From a virus, in IMG/VR virus record IMGVR_UViG_3300017917_003852, positions 1 through 64,000 of that record: a stretch of 64,000 nt of DNA, one strand, 5' to 3'. Position numbers and translations under genes: made by a program. Below are positions 1 to 8,780 of the stretch, piece by piece. The notes under the pieces were generated by a model, which saw nothing but the letters and a program-made list of their open reading frames with translations, ran no database searches and was not told where the DNA came from. Position 1 is the first letter of the stretch, and every line of letters starts with the position of its first letter.

Positions 1-123
1 ATGTGTTTGAATGTGCTTTATCATCCGGATTTTACCACTGCGTTATCGCCACAGCTTCATCCTCGGCTCCGCCCGTTTGGCAAGTTATAGTGTTGCCGCA
101 GCCTCGTTCCGCTACACACTTTA

Positions 124-291
124 TTACTTGTGTCGTTTCGTTAAACGACGCAATTCTTTAAGTTCTTCTGATTGCTTTTGCAATCTTTCCATCTTACTTT
201 TAACTAATTGTTCAAGCAACCTATCGTCAAAAACAAAATTGCGTTCTTCTAACTTTTTGTGAAACGACAGTATTTCTTGTTCGTTCGTCAT
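124..291 (-). CDS. small hypothetical coiled-coil protein (55 aa), not in ORF track
   Basis: ATG at 291 with AAGGAAG upstream; reads MTNEQEILSFHKKLEERNFV...LTKRHK-TAA; first ORF after the attenuator terminator. Confidence 0.6.
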   Translation of the reverse strand: MTNEQEILSFHKKLEERNFVFDDRLLEQLVKSKMERLQKQSEELKELRRLTKRHK

Positions 292-304
292 CACTTCCTT
301 TATA

Positions 305-346
305 AAACAAAAACCCCAGGGTGTTTAGTCCTGGGGTTTTATAGAA
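305..346 (-). terminator. intrinsic terminator of a putative attenuator
   Basis: minus strand AAAACCCCAGG-actaaacac-CCTGGGGTTTTTGTTTT. Confidence 0.8.
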
Positions 347-362
347 TTTGGTTATTTAAAAC

Positions 363-485
363 TTAGGTTCTATAATCCCCCAGGCCACGATTACTAATAT
401 CACGTGTAATCATACCCCAGTAGGCCACTAGCCCACATTCGGGTTGTGATATAAACGCTTTATGTAATAGTGCTGAAGTCATCAT
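363..485 (-). CDS. putative attenuator leader peptide (40 aa)
   Basis: MMTSALLHKAFISQPECGLVAYWGMITRDISNRGLGDYRT-TAA; its last codons are complementary to the 5' arm of the terminator. Confidence 0.6.
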   Translation of the reverse strand: MMTSALLHKAFISQPECGLVAYWGMITRDISNRGLGDYRT

Positions 486-545
486 AGTATCTATTGTAGT
501 TTTATTTATCATTCTTGTCAAGCTTTATTTTATTTATGATTGCCA

Positions 546-1421
546 TTATTTTTCTTGCAACTGTTGTATTTTTAGCAACTCTCTTGTTTCTTTGGTTGTA
601 GCTAACCGACTACCAACATCTTCAATAATCCTTTTTGCTTTTACAACTAGCTCTGCATTACTTTTTGCTAGTATCCTTGGACTAACAAATATATTGTCTT
701 CCATGCCAACACGAGCATGTCCGCCATTGATAGTACTTAATGCTACATATGGCATTTGCCAGCGGCCTACACCAAATGCATACCAATTTGCATTGCTGGG
801 TAACAGACTTCGAGCATATTGTAACGTCTCAGGGCAACTAGGCCAACCCCATTTTACACCAGTTGCAATTTGTACTAACGGAGGGTTGTCGATTTCGCCA
901 TTTTCAATTAGTTCTTTAGCAATCATCATGTCGCCGCTGTCAAAGATCTCTAACTCTGGTTTAACTCCTGCTTTCCTAATAAGTTCTGCCATAGCACGTA
1001 TAACAGGAATACTATTAACAGTAATTTGATCTCGCCCTCGATTCATTGTATTAAAGTCCAAACTACATATTTCTGGTTGAAGTTTTAACACATGGGCTAC
1101 ACGTTCTTCTGGAGATAGAAATCCAGGATGGCCATGGCGTACAGACTCAGCAGGCCCAGCAGCACCAGGTCCAGTAGTTAGATTAATTAGAATTTCCTTA
1201 TTCTGTGCGCGAATACGTTCTACTACTTCCTGATAGTATTCAAACTTTATACTAGGGCCAGTAGTTTCTGGGTCTCTAACATGTAAATGTACAATACTAG
1301 CGCCAGCATCGGCAGCTTCTAACGCTGAATCAGCAATCTCTTTGGGAGTGACTGGCAAGTTAGGATTACTCTTTTTTGTAGTATGAGCACCAGTAACTGC
1401 ACAAGTTAAGATAGTTTTCAT
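546..1421 (-). CDS. beta-keto acid cleavage enzyme (BKACE/DUF849, Kce family)
   Basis: ITCAVTGA-like N-terminus, PxTPxEIA, HLHVR metal motif, RVGMEDN. Confidence 0.9.
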   Translation of the reverse strand: MKTILTCAVTGAHTTKKSNPNLPVTPKEIADSALEAADAGASIVHLHVRDPETTGPSIKFEYYQEVVERIRAQNKEILINLTTGPGAAGPAESVRHGHPGFLSPEERVAHVLKLQPEICSLDFNTMNRGRDQITVNSIPVIRAMAELIRKAGVKPELEIFDSGDMMIAKELIENGEIDNPPLVQIATGVKWGWPSCPETLQYARSLLPSNANWYAFGVGRWQMPYVALSTINGGHARVGMEDNIFVSPRILAKSNAELVVKAKRIIEDVGSRLATTKETRELLKIQQLQEK

Positions 1422-2164
1422 AATGTACGACCACCATCAATAACAAAAGTATTACCTGTAGTAAAACGTAACCGAGTAGCAATAGCTTCTACTGCTGCGC
1501 CAATATCCTCGGGCGTACCTACTCGCTGTAGCGGAGTTAAAGATGCCATACGATCGTAAAAGTCCTGTCCGTACGACAAAAATCCAGTGTTAATCGAACT
1601 CGGACAAATAGACACAACACGAATATTAGGAGCAAAGGCCAGTGCTAAGTTTTTAGTAAGTGCTTCAACACCAGCTTTTGACGATACATAAGCCACGTTG
1701 CTACCATGCCCTGGGCGTTGCGTACTAGCTGAACTAATATTAACTATTAGTGCATTTGGGCTTTTGTCTAGCAATGGTTTAAAAGTTCTAATTGTAGAAA
1801 ATACTGATCTTAGATTAGATGTTAAAATTTCTTCAAAGAATTCGTCGGTTACCGATTCGATGTCTCGATGAGGAATTGGTCTTGAATGTCCTGCTGATGT
1901 TACTAAGATATCACATTGTGAAATTAATTCTTTAACAGAAACTAGGTCGTCGGTATTGCATACATCAGCATAAATGGCAAGATGATTGTCACCAGGTAAG
2001 GTGTTTATAAAATCCCTAAAATCATCTAAATTACTTCTTACTAAGCCCACAATACGTGCGCCGCTAGCTGCCAAACTTTGGCATACTGCCCGGCCAATTC
2101 CTCCATTGGCTCCGGTAATTACAGCAGTTTGTCCTGATAGATCTTTTAATGGTGTAAATGTCAT
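1418..2164 (-). CDS. short-chain dehydrogenase/reductase
   Basis: TGANGGIG, NISS, YVSSK catalytic motif, C-terminal IDGG. Confidence 0.9.
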   Translation of the reverse strand: MTFTPLKDLSGQTAVITGANGGIGRAVCQSLAASGARIVGLVRSNLDDFRDFINTLPGDNHLAIYADVCNTDDLVSVKELISQCDILVTSAGHSRPIPHRDIESVTDEFFEEILTSNLRSVFSTIRTFKPLLDKSPNALIVNISSASTQRPGHGSNVAYVSSKAGVEALTKNLALAFAPNIRVVSICPSSINTGFLSYGQDFYDRMASLTPLQRVGTPEDIGAAVEAIATRLRFTTGNTFVIDGGRTL

Positions 2165-2226
2165 AATAAATACTCGCATCTTCCTGTGTTATAAACTATA
2201 CTACAAACTTCAACTACAGTCAATCT

Positions 2227-3381
2227 ATGCCCTCAACTCCTTTAGTCTATACTGGTGACCAATTTGGTTTCTATACCGTTGGTCCTAATTTTAAAACATA
2301 CAGCAAACTATTAGCCATTGAGGAAATGCAAAGAACTGGGCAGCATTTAGAATGGCATTTCAACGAACATACTTATAAACAATATACCTGGAAAACCGAA
2401 CCAGAAGAAACGTTAAGTGAATTGTATAAAAAAAGAGCTCAAGAAATTAGAGATTCTTATGATTATATTGTTTTATGGTATAGTGGCGGCGCTGATAGTA
2501 AATGTGTGCTTGATTCTTTCTTAGATAATGATATTAAAATAGATGAAATTGCAAATTTTATATCGTACGATGCTGACAAAAACAAAAAAAGTGTATTAAA
2601 CGAAGAAATATTTTGCACTGCGTTACCACACCTAGATCGAATAAAAGAAAAATGGCCCGATGTTAAGCACCGTGTTGTTGATATAAGTCAAATCATTGCT
2701 GATATTTATTTAAGACCTGACTTCAAGTTTGAACATATCTATTACATCAAGGGCATTATGTCTGCTAATAGTTTAGCACGGTCTTACATTAGAGAATATG
2801 TCAATGACTATAAATCTATAATGGACAGTGGAAAAAGAATGTGTTTCTTGTGGGGCGCAGAAAAACCTAGATTAATGAAGAAACAAGGAAAATGGAACAC
2901 ATATTTCATTGATGTCTTTAGTGAAACTAATTTAAGATTACAAAGCTTAGGACATTTAGGGTATTTTGACGAATGGTTTTTTTGGGGTCCTAATACTGCT
3001 CCGATTGTTGCAAAACAAAGTCATATATTAATGAACATTATGAAGCAAGCAGAAACTATGCCCGATCTACTTTCGCCAGTCTCAGGTGCTCATCTTCCAA
3101 TCGCAGACAATGGAATGTATTTACGCAATGACATTTATCATAGTGCAATCTATCCTAAATGGAATCCAAACCTAATCGTTGCACCAAAACCACACAATCT
3201 ACTACTGTCTGAAAGAGATCATTGGTTTTGGTCGCAAAATGTAGCATCCAATGAAGGAGTGAAAAACGCCCAAAACGGAATTAAAGAAATGGTTCGACGA
3301 ATTGGAAGTTATTGGTTAAATGATATCAATGATTTGTCAAGGGGAATTAAAGGATGCTATACACATTATCCATTAGAGTAA
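2227..3381 (+). CDS. PP-loop (adenine nucleotide alpha-hydrolase-like) protein
   Basis: LWYSGGADS PP-loop motif; exact activity unknown. Confidence 0.6.
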   Translation: MPSTPLVYTGDQFGFYTVGPNFKTYSKLLAIEEMQRTGQHLEWHFNEHTYKQYTWKTEPEETLSELYKKRAQEIRDSYDYIVLWYSGGADSKCVLDSFLDNDIKIDEIANFISYDADKNKKSVLNEEIFCTALPHLDRIKEKWPDVKHRVVDISQIIADIYLRPDFKFEHIYYIKGIMSANSLARSYIREYVNDYKSIMDSGKRMCFLWGAEKPRLMKKQGKWNTYFIDVFSETNLRLQSLGHLGYFDEWFFWGPNTAPIVAKQSHILMNIMKQAETMPDLLSPVSGAHLPIADNGMYLRNDIYHSAIYPKWNPNLIVAPKPHNLLLSERDHWFWSQNVASNEGVKNAQNGIKEMVRRIGSYWLNDINDLSRGIKGCYTHYPLE

Positions 3382-4463
3382 TGTTTTAACAACCATGTGC
3401 GTGATATCTTGTTTGCTGGCGACAACGGAATAGTATTAACTTGCTCGACAAAATCAGGCCTGCAATGTTGTCCTAGAGATAGTAAGAAATCTGTAATAGT
3501 ATTTTTATCACAATCACCAGTATAGATTACCCGAACACGATTTTCGCCAAACACAACACATTGACCAATGTCGGGTATATTAGAAGTTAGTTGATTTTCT
3601 ATACTCACTGGATTCACTTTAATTCCTCGTACATTAATTTGGTCTCGAGATCTTCCTAATATACGATAGTATCCATCCGCATCAACTTCAGCTAAATCTC
3701 CAGTATCATACCAATCTGCAGAGCAAACAGTATAGCCGCGAATTAATAAATGCCCGTCGTCAATCTTTGCTTCTACTCCGTCGGGTAATCCAACTGTGCC
3801 TACTTTTTGTATGCCATCTAACGGATTAGTAAAGCAATGACTTAGTGCTTCAGTCATTCCAAACGCTTCTACAATAGGAACAGAGAATTTTTCTCGAAGT
3901 CTATGATAAAGCTCATCGGGCATAGGCGAACTAGCAGATCGAATAAATCGCAACGACGGCAAGTTCATGTTTTCTATCAACTTTAATACATCAGGTATGG
4001 CAGTAACAAATGTGGGATCAAAAGTTTCTAGTTCTCTTATTTTTTTAATGTTTAAGAAAGATACCGTACATCCGGCTAATTTTGTTGCCCAATAAAATCC
4101 TTGTCCGTGTGCATGCCACAATGGCATTATACTAACATAGCGATCCTTGTCTGTAATGTTATAACTTTGTACAATTCGTCTGGCTAAGTTATTAACTTGA
4201 TCTTGTGTAAAACTACAGAATTTACTATCTCCGGTGGTGCCGCTAGTGTACCAAAATACTTTTTCGTTATGGTATGCACCACCATCTCTAGTATGGCGAC
4301 CTTCGCGATTTATTAATAAACTATAGTCAGAATGATCTAGTAGGTACTTAATTCTGTCTGCTGGGCTGTCTGGATTGATTATCATCAGACTGTATTCATC
4401 TAGAGTCGGAATTAAATCCCAGGGGTTATCAACACAGATAACTGCACGTTTGCGGTTTGTCAT
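3366..4463 (-). CDS. AMP-binding enzyme / acyl-CoA synthetase-like
   Basis: YTSGTTGDSK, EAFGMTE, YDTGDL, GRSRDQI ANL-superfamily motifs. Confidence 0.9.
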   Translation of the reverse strand: MTNRKRAVICVDNPWDLIPTLDEYSLMIINPDSPADRIKYLLDHSDYSLLINREGRHTRDGGAYHNEKVFWYTSGTTGDSKFCSFTQDQVNNLARRIVQSYNITDKDRYVSIMPLWHAHGQGFYWATKLAGCTVSFLNIKKIRELETFDPTFVTAIPDVLKLIENMNLPSLRFIRSASSPMPDELYHRLREKFSVPIVEAFGMTEALSHCFTNPLDGIQKVGTVGLPDGVEAKIDDGHLLIRGYTVCSADWYDTGDLAEVDADGYYRILGRSRDQINVRGIKVNPVSIENQLTSNIPDIGQCVVFGENRVRVIYTGDCDKNTITDFLLSLGQHCRPDFVEQVNTIPLSPANKISRTWLLKHYSNG

Positions 4464-4524
4464 AGTAAGTTAATTATAAAGAGTTTATGTAAAAACAGCA
4501 ACCGGAGTTGCTGTTTTGATTGAA

Positions 4525-5499
4525 TTAATGTAATGTTCTAATTCGTTTTATCAAACCATCGCTAAAGTGATATTTACATTTAGCATAGGTAATTTGCGAT
4601 TTGTGTTTTAAGATATTACGATCCTCGTCACTGATATCAACAATACTTACTCCGTTTTGTTTTGCTTCAGTTTCAAATTTTTCTGCATCTTCAATACTCC
4701 ATTGGCGCTCTTTGCGAGCTGCCTCAAATGCGGCGCTGCGGAATATCTCTTGTTCTGCCTCAGTCAATGTGGTCCAAAATTTATTGCTAATTAAAATAGT
4801 AGTCATAAACATTGAGTGATTTGTTTTTAAAATATGCTTACCTTCAAATCTTAGATAAGTTGTTTCTACAGCATCGCCGAGGTTGCTGTCAAGGATATCA
4901 TATTTTTTCCAAAGGTATGGAGGAATAGATACAGCTTCGCCACCGATACTTTCAATAGTTGTACCTAGAGTTAATGGTTTATCAACAATAATTTTTAATC
5001 CTTGTAAATCCTCAATCCCGTTAATTGGATTGTTAGAACCAATTACTCGATATCCACCTGAGTAAGTAAATGCTAATCCAGTAACTGGAGTACGGCGTCC
5101 CAACTCGGCACACAGTTCTTTACCAATTTCACCTTCAAGAACACGACTAACATGATCGTGATCGTCAAATATAAATGGTAAGTCAATTGCATCAAAATCG
5201 TTATAACGATCTCCAATGCGACCTACCTGTGTTTGACTCATTTCAATGTCGCCATCATCTAATGCCTTCCAGAAAGAATTAAATCCTTCGCTGAAATTTT
5301 CATTATTATAATCATTCATTAATTCTAAACCAGCAATAGGAGCATATTTTTCGCAATATTCTGGATAGGTAAGAATTTCTAAATCTATCGAATTTAAACC
5401 TTGTTTAATAAGTTCTTCTTTAAAAGCATTGGCAGTACGCACAAATAAATCTTGTGGTTGATGTGCAATAAGCCAGCGTACTTTGCGGGGGTTGTTCAT
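4525..5499 (-). CDS. dctP: TRAP transporter substrate-binding protein (DctP family); no obvious signal peptide
   Basis: DLPFIFDDHDH, YSGGYR, EDLQGLKI motifs; ATG preceded by AGGAG. Confidence 0.75.
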   Translation of the reverse strand: MNNPRKVRWLIAHQPQDLFVRTANAFKEELIKQGLNSIDLEILTYPEYCEKYAPIAGLELMNDYNNENFSEGFNSFWKALDDGDIEMSQTQVGRIGDRYNDFDAIDLPFIFDDHDHVSRVLEGEIGKELCAELGRRTPVTGLAFTYSGGYRVIGSNNPINGIEDLQGLKIIVDKPLTLGTTIESIGGEAVSIPPYLWKKYDILDSNLGDAVETTYLRFEGKHILKTNHSMFMTTILISNKFWTTLTEAEQEIFRSAAFEAARKERQWSIEDAEKFETEAKQNGVSIVDISDEDRNILKHKSQITYAKCKYHFSDGLIKRIRTLH

Positions 5500-5640
5500 G
5501 TGTTCTCCTGGAGATTGATGTATAAATGTATTTATACTTCGGGACAAAAGCAAAATTTCTAGTAATATTTAGCCCAATAAAAAAGCCCGTACATAGTACA
5601 CAACGATTAGGTTTTGAAGTCACTTTTGGTAAATAATTGT

Positions 5641-6117
5641 ATGAAACATATACATCATATTATACCAAAATATATGGGCGGGACCGATGACCCGAGCAAT
5701 CTAGTAGAACTTACTGTAGAAGAACATGCAGAAGCACACCGACTACTTTACGAACAACACGGAAACAAACAAGATTATATTGCTTGGCAGGCATTACTAG
5801 GAAGATTAGGACGAGAAGAAATACTAAGGTTGAAACAAAGTATGGGCATGAAGGGCAAAAAACACACACCCGAGGCCATTGCAAAGATGCAGGTGTCTTG
5901 TGCTAAACGTACCGAACGTCAAAGATTAAATGGTGTTTTAGAAGAAGCTAATGCTAAAAGATCTGCGTCTCATAAAGGGAAGAAAAAATCCCCCGAACAT
6001 CTGGCTAATTGGGCCGCTGCCCGTAAAGGGCATGTAGTATCCGACGAAACGAAAGAAAAGATAAGGCGAACCCTTGCAGAAACGAGGGCCAAAAAGAAAG
6101 CCCTACTAGAGGGCTAA
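5641..6117 (+). CDS. HNH homing endonuclease with NUMOD3-like repeats
   Basis: HIHHIIP...GGTDDPSNL...EH..AH; KGKKHTPE and KGHVVSDETKEKI repeats; opposite strand to its neighbours. Confidence 0.85.
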   Translation: MKHIHHIIPKYMGGTDDPSNLVELTVEEHAEAHRLLYEQHGNKQDYIAWQALLGRLGREEILRLKQSMGMKGKKHTPEAIAKMQVSCAKRTERQRLNGVLEEANAKRSASHKGKKKSPEHLANWAAARKGHVVSDETKEKIRRTLAETRAKKKALLEG

Positions 6118-6134
6118 CTTATTGCTTTTATAGA

Positions 6135-6209
6135 TTAGCGATTTGCAATGTACATTGAAATCTCGAATCCGTATCTTAAGTCAGTCGCTGCTGGTGTAGT
6201 CCATGCCAT
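6135..6209 (-). CDS. pqqA: coenzyme PQQ precursor peptide PqqA (24 aa), not in ORF track
   Basis: MAWTTPAATDLRYGFEISMYIANR with the conserved ExxxY; AAGGAG RBS. Confidence 0.92.
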   Translation of the reverse strand: MAWTTPAATDLRYGFEISMYIANR

Positions 6210-6258
6210 GTTATTTCTCCTTGATTAAATTAACATACTGCAACAGTATGTATCATAA

Positions 6259-6495
6259 TTATACGGTAAATCTTTCAGGTTTTGTATCCATAACATCATG
6301 ATTTTGTTCTAGTGATTTTACGGAGGTCCCCCATTTAACTCTTAACCATGCTCGCTCATGAATGTAATGTGCTAGAGTCATCCATATATTAATAATAATT
6401 GCTCCTGCTAATCCGGTGTAAAGTCCGGTAATAATGGTAGCAGTAATACGCCATGTAATTGCTCTTGCAATTGTTCTCTTATGTGATTCTGTCAA
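6259..6495 (-). CDS. DUF2061-like small membrane protein
   Basis: ESHKRTIARAITWR...HERAW pattern. Confidence 0.65.
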   Translation of the reverse strand: MTESHKRTIARAITWRITATIITGLYTGLAGAIIINIWMTLAHYIHERAWLRVKWGTSVKSLEQNHDVMDTKPERFTV

Positions 6496-6508
6496 TTTAT
6501 ATCTCCAA

Positions 6509-6530
6509 TAAAAAAGCCCCTTTCGGGGCT
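6509..6530 (-). terminator. intrinsic terminator after ahpD
   Basis: AGCCCC-GAAA-GGGGCTTTTTT on minus strand. Confidence 0.8.
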
Positions 6531-6533
6531 GAT

Positions 6534-7046
6534 TTAACTATTGAGCACCTTAGCTACTGACGTTATAACGGCAGCGATTCGTCCGATGTCTCTTAGCTGT
6601 TCTACTGTATATCCCATTTTCTTCAAATTGTCATAGTGTGACTTAACACAAAAATGACACTTACCCACAATACTAGCAGCAAGGCTGTAAGCTTCAAAAC
6701 GTTCCTTTGTGGTGCCGCCATGAGTACTTATAGCGTTCATACGTAGCTGTGCAGGTAATCCTTTAAGATTAGGATCGTCAGCCATTTCTACATATGGATA
6801 CCATACGTTGTTCATACCCATAAGACTTGAGGCTGTTAGTGCTGCATCTCGCTCGGTAGCATCTGCAATATTAGCTTGTATAAAGCTAACTAACTTACCG
6901 TTGCCGGTAGCCATTGCTGCTGCTAAAGCACAAGCATTAGCTTCAACAGGGTCAAGTGCAGACCTATTGATAACATTATCAAGATTAAGTTTTGTGTCTT
7001 TAGCATATTCTGGCAGACCTTCTTTAATTTGTTCAACCCAACTCAT
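6534..7046 (-). CDS. ahpD: alkyl hydroperoxide reductase AhpD
   Basis: LPEYAKD, MGMNNVWY, GKCHFCVKSH (CxxC). Confidence 0.92.
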   Translation of the reverse strand: MSWVEQIKEGLPEYAKDTKLNLDNVINRSALDPVEANACALAAAMATGNGKLVSFIQANIADATERDAALTASSLMGMNNVWYPYVEMADDPNLKGLPAQLRMNAISTHGGTTKERFEAYSLAASIVGKCHFCVKSHYDNLKKMGYTVEQLRDIGRIAAVITSVAKVLNS

Positions 7047-7279
7047 TTTACTTGTTCCTTTTCTTGTTTTTCTCGTTCAGCTGCTTCCCAAGTTGTTTTA
7101 GCTACTTGGTACGCTGCTTCTGTTAGACTATGCCAACCAATGCAATCACCAGTTGGACTACGGCCGCAGCCGCATGTACCTTTTTTCATTGCTTTATCCT
7201 TTTTAAAAATTGCGTCCCAGTTAGCATCAAACGTTTTTTGACTAACACTATAAGGGCGCGGATTAGAACCTTTGCTCAT
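7043..7279 (-). CDS. CDGSH-type iron-sulfur domain protein
   Basis: CGCGRSPTGDCIGWH. Confidence 0.7.
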   Translation of the reverse strand: MSKGSNPRPYSVSQKTFDANWDAIFKKDKAMKKGTCGCGRSPTGDCIGWHSLTEAAYQVAKTTWEAAEREKQEKEQVK

Positions 7280-7344
7280 TTATTATCCTTGCATTTAGGG
7301 CAGTGATTGTTCTTTAAGTAATCAAATAATTCTCTAAAGTTCAT
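7276..7344 (-). CDS. 22-aa CxxC micropeptide
   Basis: MNFRELFDYLKNNHCPKCKDNK; ATGA overlaps with both neighbours. Confidence 0.55.
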   Translation of the reverse strand: MNFRELFDYLKNNHCPKCKDNK

Positions 7345-7748
7345 CGTGTTTGATCTCCAAGTATTTTATAACCTTTATAAGTAGGATGTACTCCGTCATT
7401 GCTAATATTGCTTTCGGGTCTAGGAATAACGGTATCCCCAAACTCAGCAGCAACTTGACGAACTGCTTCTACTTGTCTAGGCTTTAATCTTTGACTAGGC
7501 AGCAACCAAAACACTCTATCAGCTTGAGCATTAGTACGCAAAGATCTAATATGACCTTCAGTATTAATGCCTTGATAATCATTGGCCCCTAAACTGATAA
7601 CAAGTGTTCTGGCGGGCTTCAATTTATGCAAATGCTTTTTGTTCCAATCGCTGGAATTAATGCCGCTTTTTGCAATAGCCTGACACTCAGGACGAACTTG
7701 ACTTACACCTACAGCAATACTATCTCCAACAATTAGACATTCAAGCAT
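7341..7748 (-). CDS. SGNH/GDSL hydrolase-like protein
   Basis: GDSI, SLGAND, DGVHP blocks. Confidence 0.8.
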   Translation of the reverse strand: MLECLIVGDSIAVGVSQVRPECQAIAKSGINSSDWNKKHLHKLKPARTLVISLGANDYQGINTEGHIRSLRTNAQADRVFWLLPSQRLKPRQVEAVRQVAAEFGDTVIPRPESNISNDGVHPTYKGYKILGDQTR

Positions 7749-7761
7749 GTGCCATCTCCTA

Positions 7762-8307
7762 TTAAAGTGTTTCGCCACCAATTGGACGACTGCATGGGCA
7801 TAGTTCGCCGGTTTGCAATGCGTCTAAGATGCGTAGTGTTTCGTCTGGATTACGGCCAACATCTAAGTTATTAACTGTAACATGCTGAATAACGTTATCT
7901 GGATCAACAATAAATGTTGCACGTAGTGCCGCGCCAGCTGGTGCATAGAAAATACCTAGCTGTTCTGCAAGACTGTTTTCATCGCGGGCCACGTCAGCAA
8001 AAGACCAAGAATTAGTTTTCTTTAGATCTTCATGAGCATTACGCCAAGCAAGTTTGCAAAACTCGTTATCTGTGGAACCGATAAGCAATACTGCGTCACG
8101 ATCTGCGAAATCTTTATTAAGTTTATCATATGCAACGATTTCAGTTGGGCATACGAATGTAAAATCTTTTGGATAGTAAACGATAACTTTCCATTTGCCT
8201 TCAAAGCTTTTGTCTGTAATAGTTTCAAATGCATTGTCGGGTGTAAGAGCTCCAGGCTTGACACCAGTTACTGCAAAATGAGTTACTTTATCTCCAATTG
8301 TTTTCAT
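7762..8307 (-). CDS. ahpC: peroxiredoxin AhpC
   Basis: YPKDFTFVCPTE, GRNPDE, GELCP. Confidence 0.95.
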   Translation of the reverse strand: MKTIGDKVTHFAVTGVKPGALTPDNAFETITDKSFEGKWKVIVYYPKDFTFVCPTEIVAYDKLNKDFADRDAVLLIGSTDNEFCKLAWRNAHEDLKKTNSWSFADVARDENSLAEQLGIFYAPAGAALRATFIVDPDNVIQHVTVNNLDVGRNPDETLRILDALQTGELCPCSRPIGGETL

Positions 8308-8336
8308 TTGATTTTCTCCTATAAGTTAAAATGAAA

Positions 8337-8681
8337 TTATCTTTGTGCCCTGCAATTAGGACAAATTACCATTAAATTTGTTTCTTCGTTGTTATGTGTA
8401 TTGTTATCTCTATGGTCAATTACTAGTGGTATATCTTTACCAGCATGATCATCACGCCCGCATATTTCACAATGTGCGCCACGATGTTCAATTAAGTATC
8501 TTCGTACATAATCAGGCACCTGTCGCCATGCAGTGGTAGATTGGTTTTCCTTCCACTCATTTACCAACAATCTACTTTTATGTTGTTGTTGGCAATGATT
8601 ATTACAATATTTGTTTGTGTAACTATGCCCTTTAACAGGATTTACACGCCCACAATTTAAACAAGTAAAACAAGAGTTCAT
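8337..8681 (-). CDS. HNH endonuclease (zinc-binding)
   Basis: CEICG...DHRDNN..NN...NL..ICPNC. Confidence 0.8.
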   Translation of the reverse strand: MNSCFTCLNCGRVNPVKGHSYTNKYCNNHCQQQHKSRLLVNEWKENQSTTAWRQVPDYVRRYLIEHRGAHCEICGRDDHAGKDIPLVIDHRDNNTHNNEETNLMVICPNCRAQR

Positions 8682-8780
8682 AATTTAATAGAGTAAGTTG
8701 CAAAGCACTTTATAATATTTACTGCTCTATGTGAATCATTATATAGGAGTATAACATGCTCTGCAACTATTTTGGTAAAA

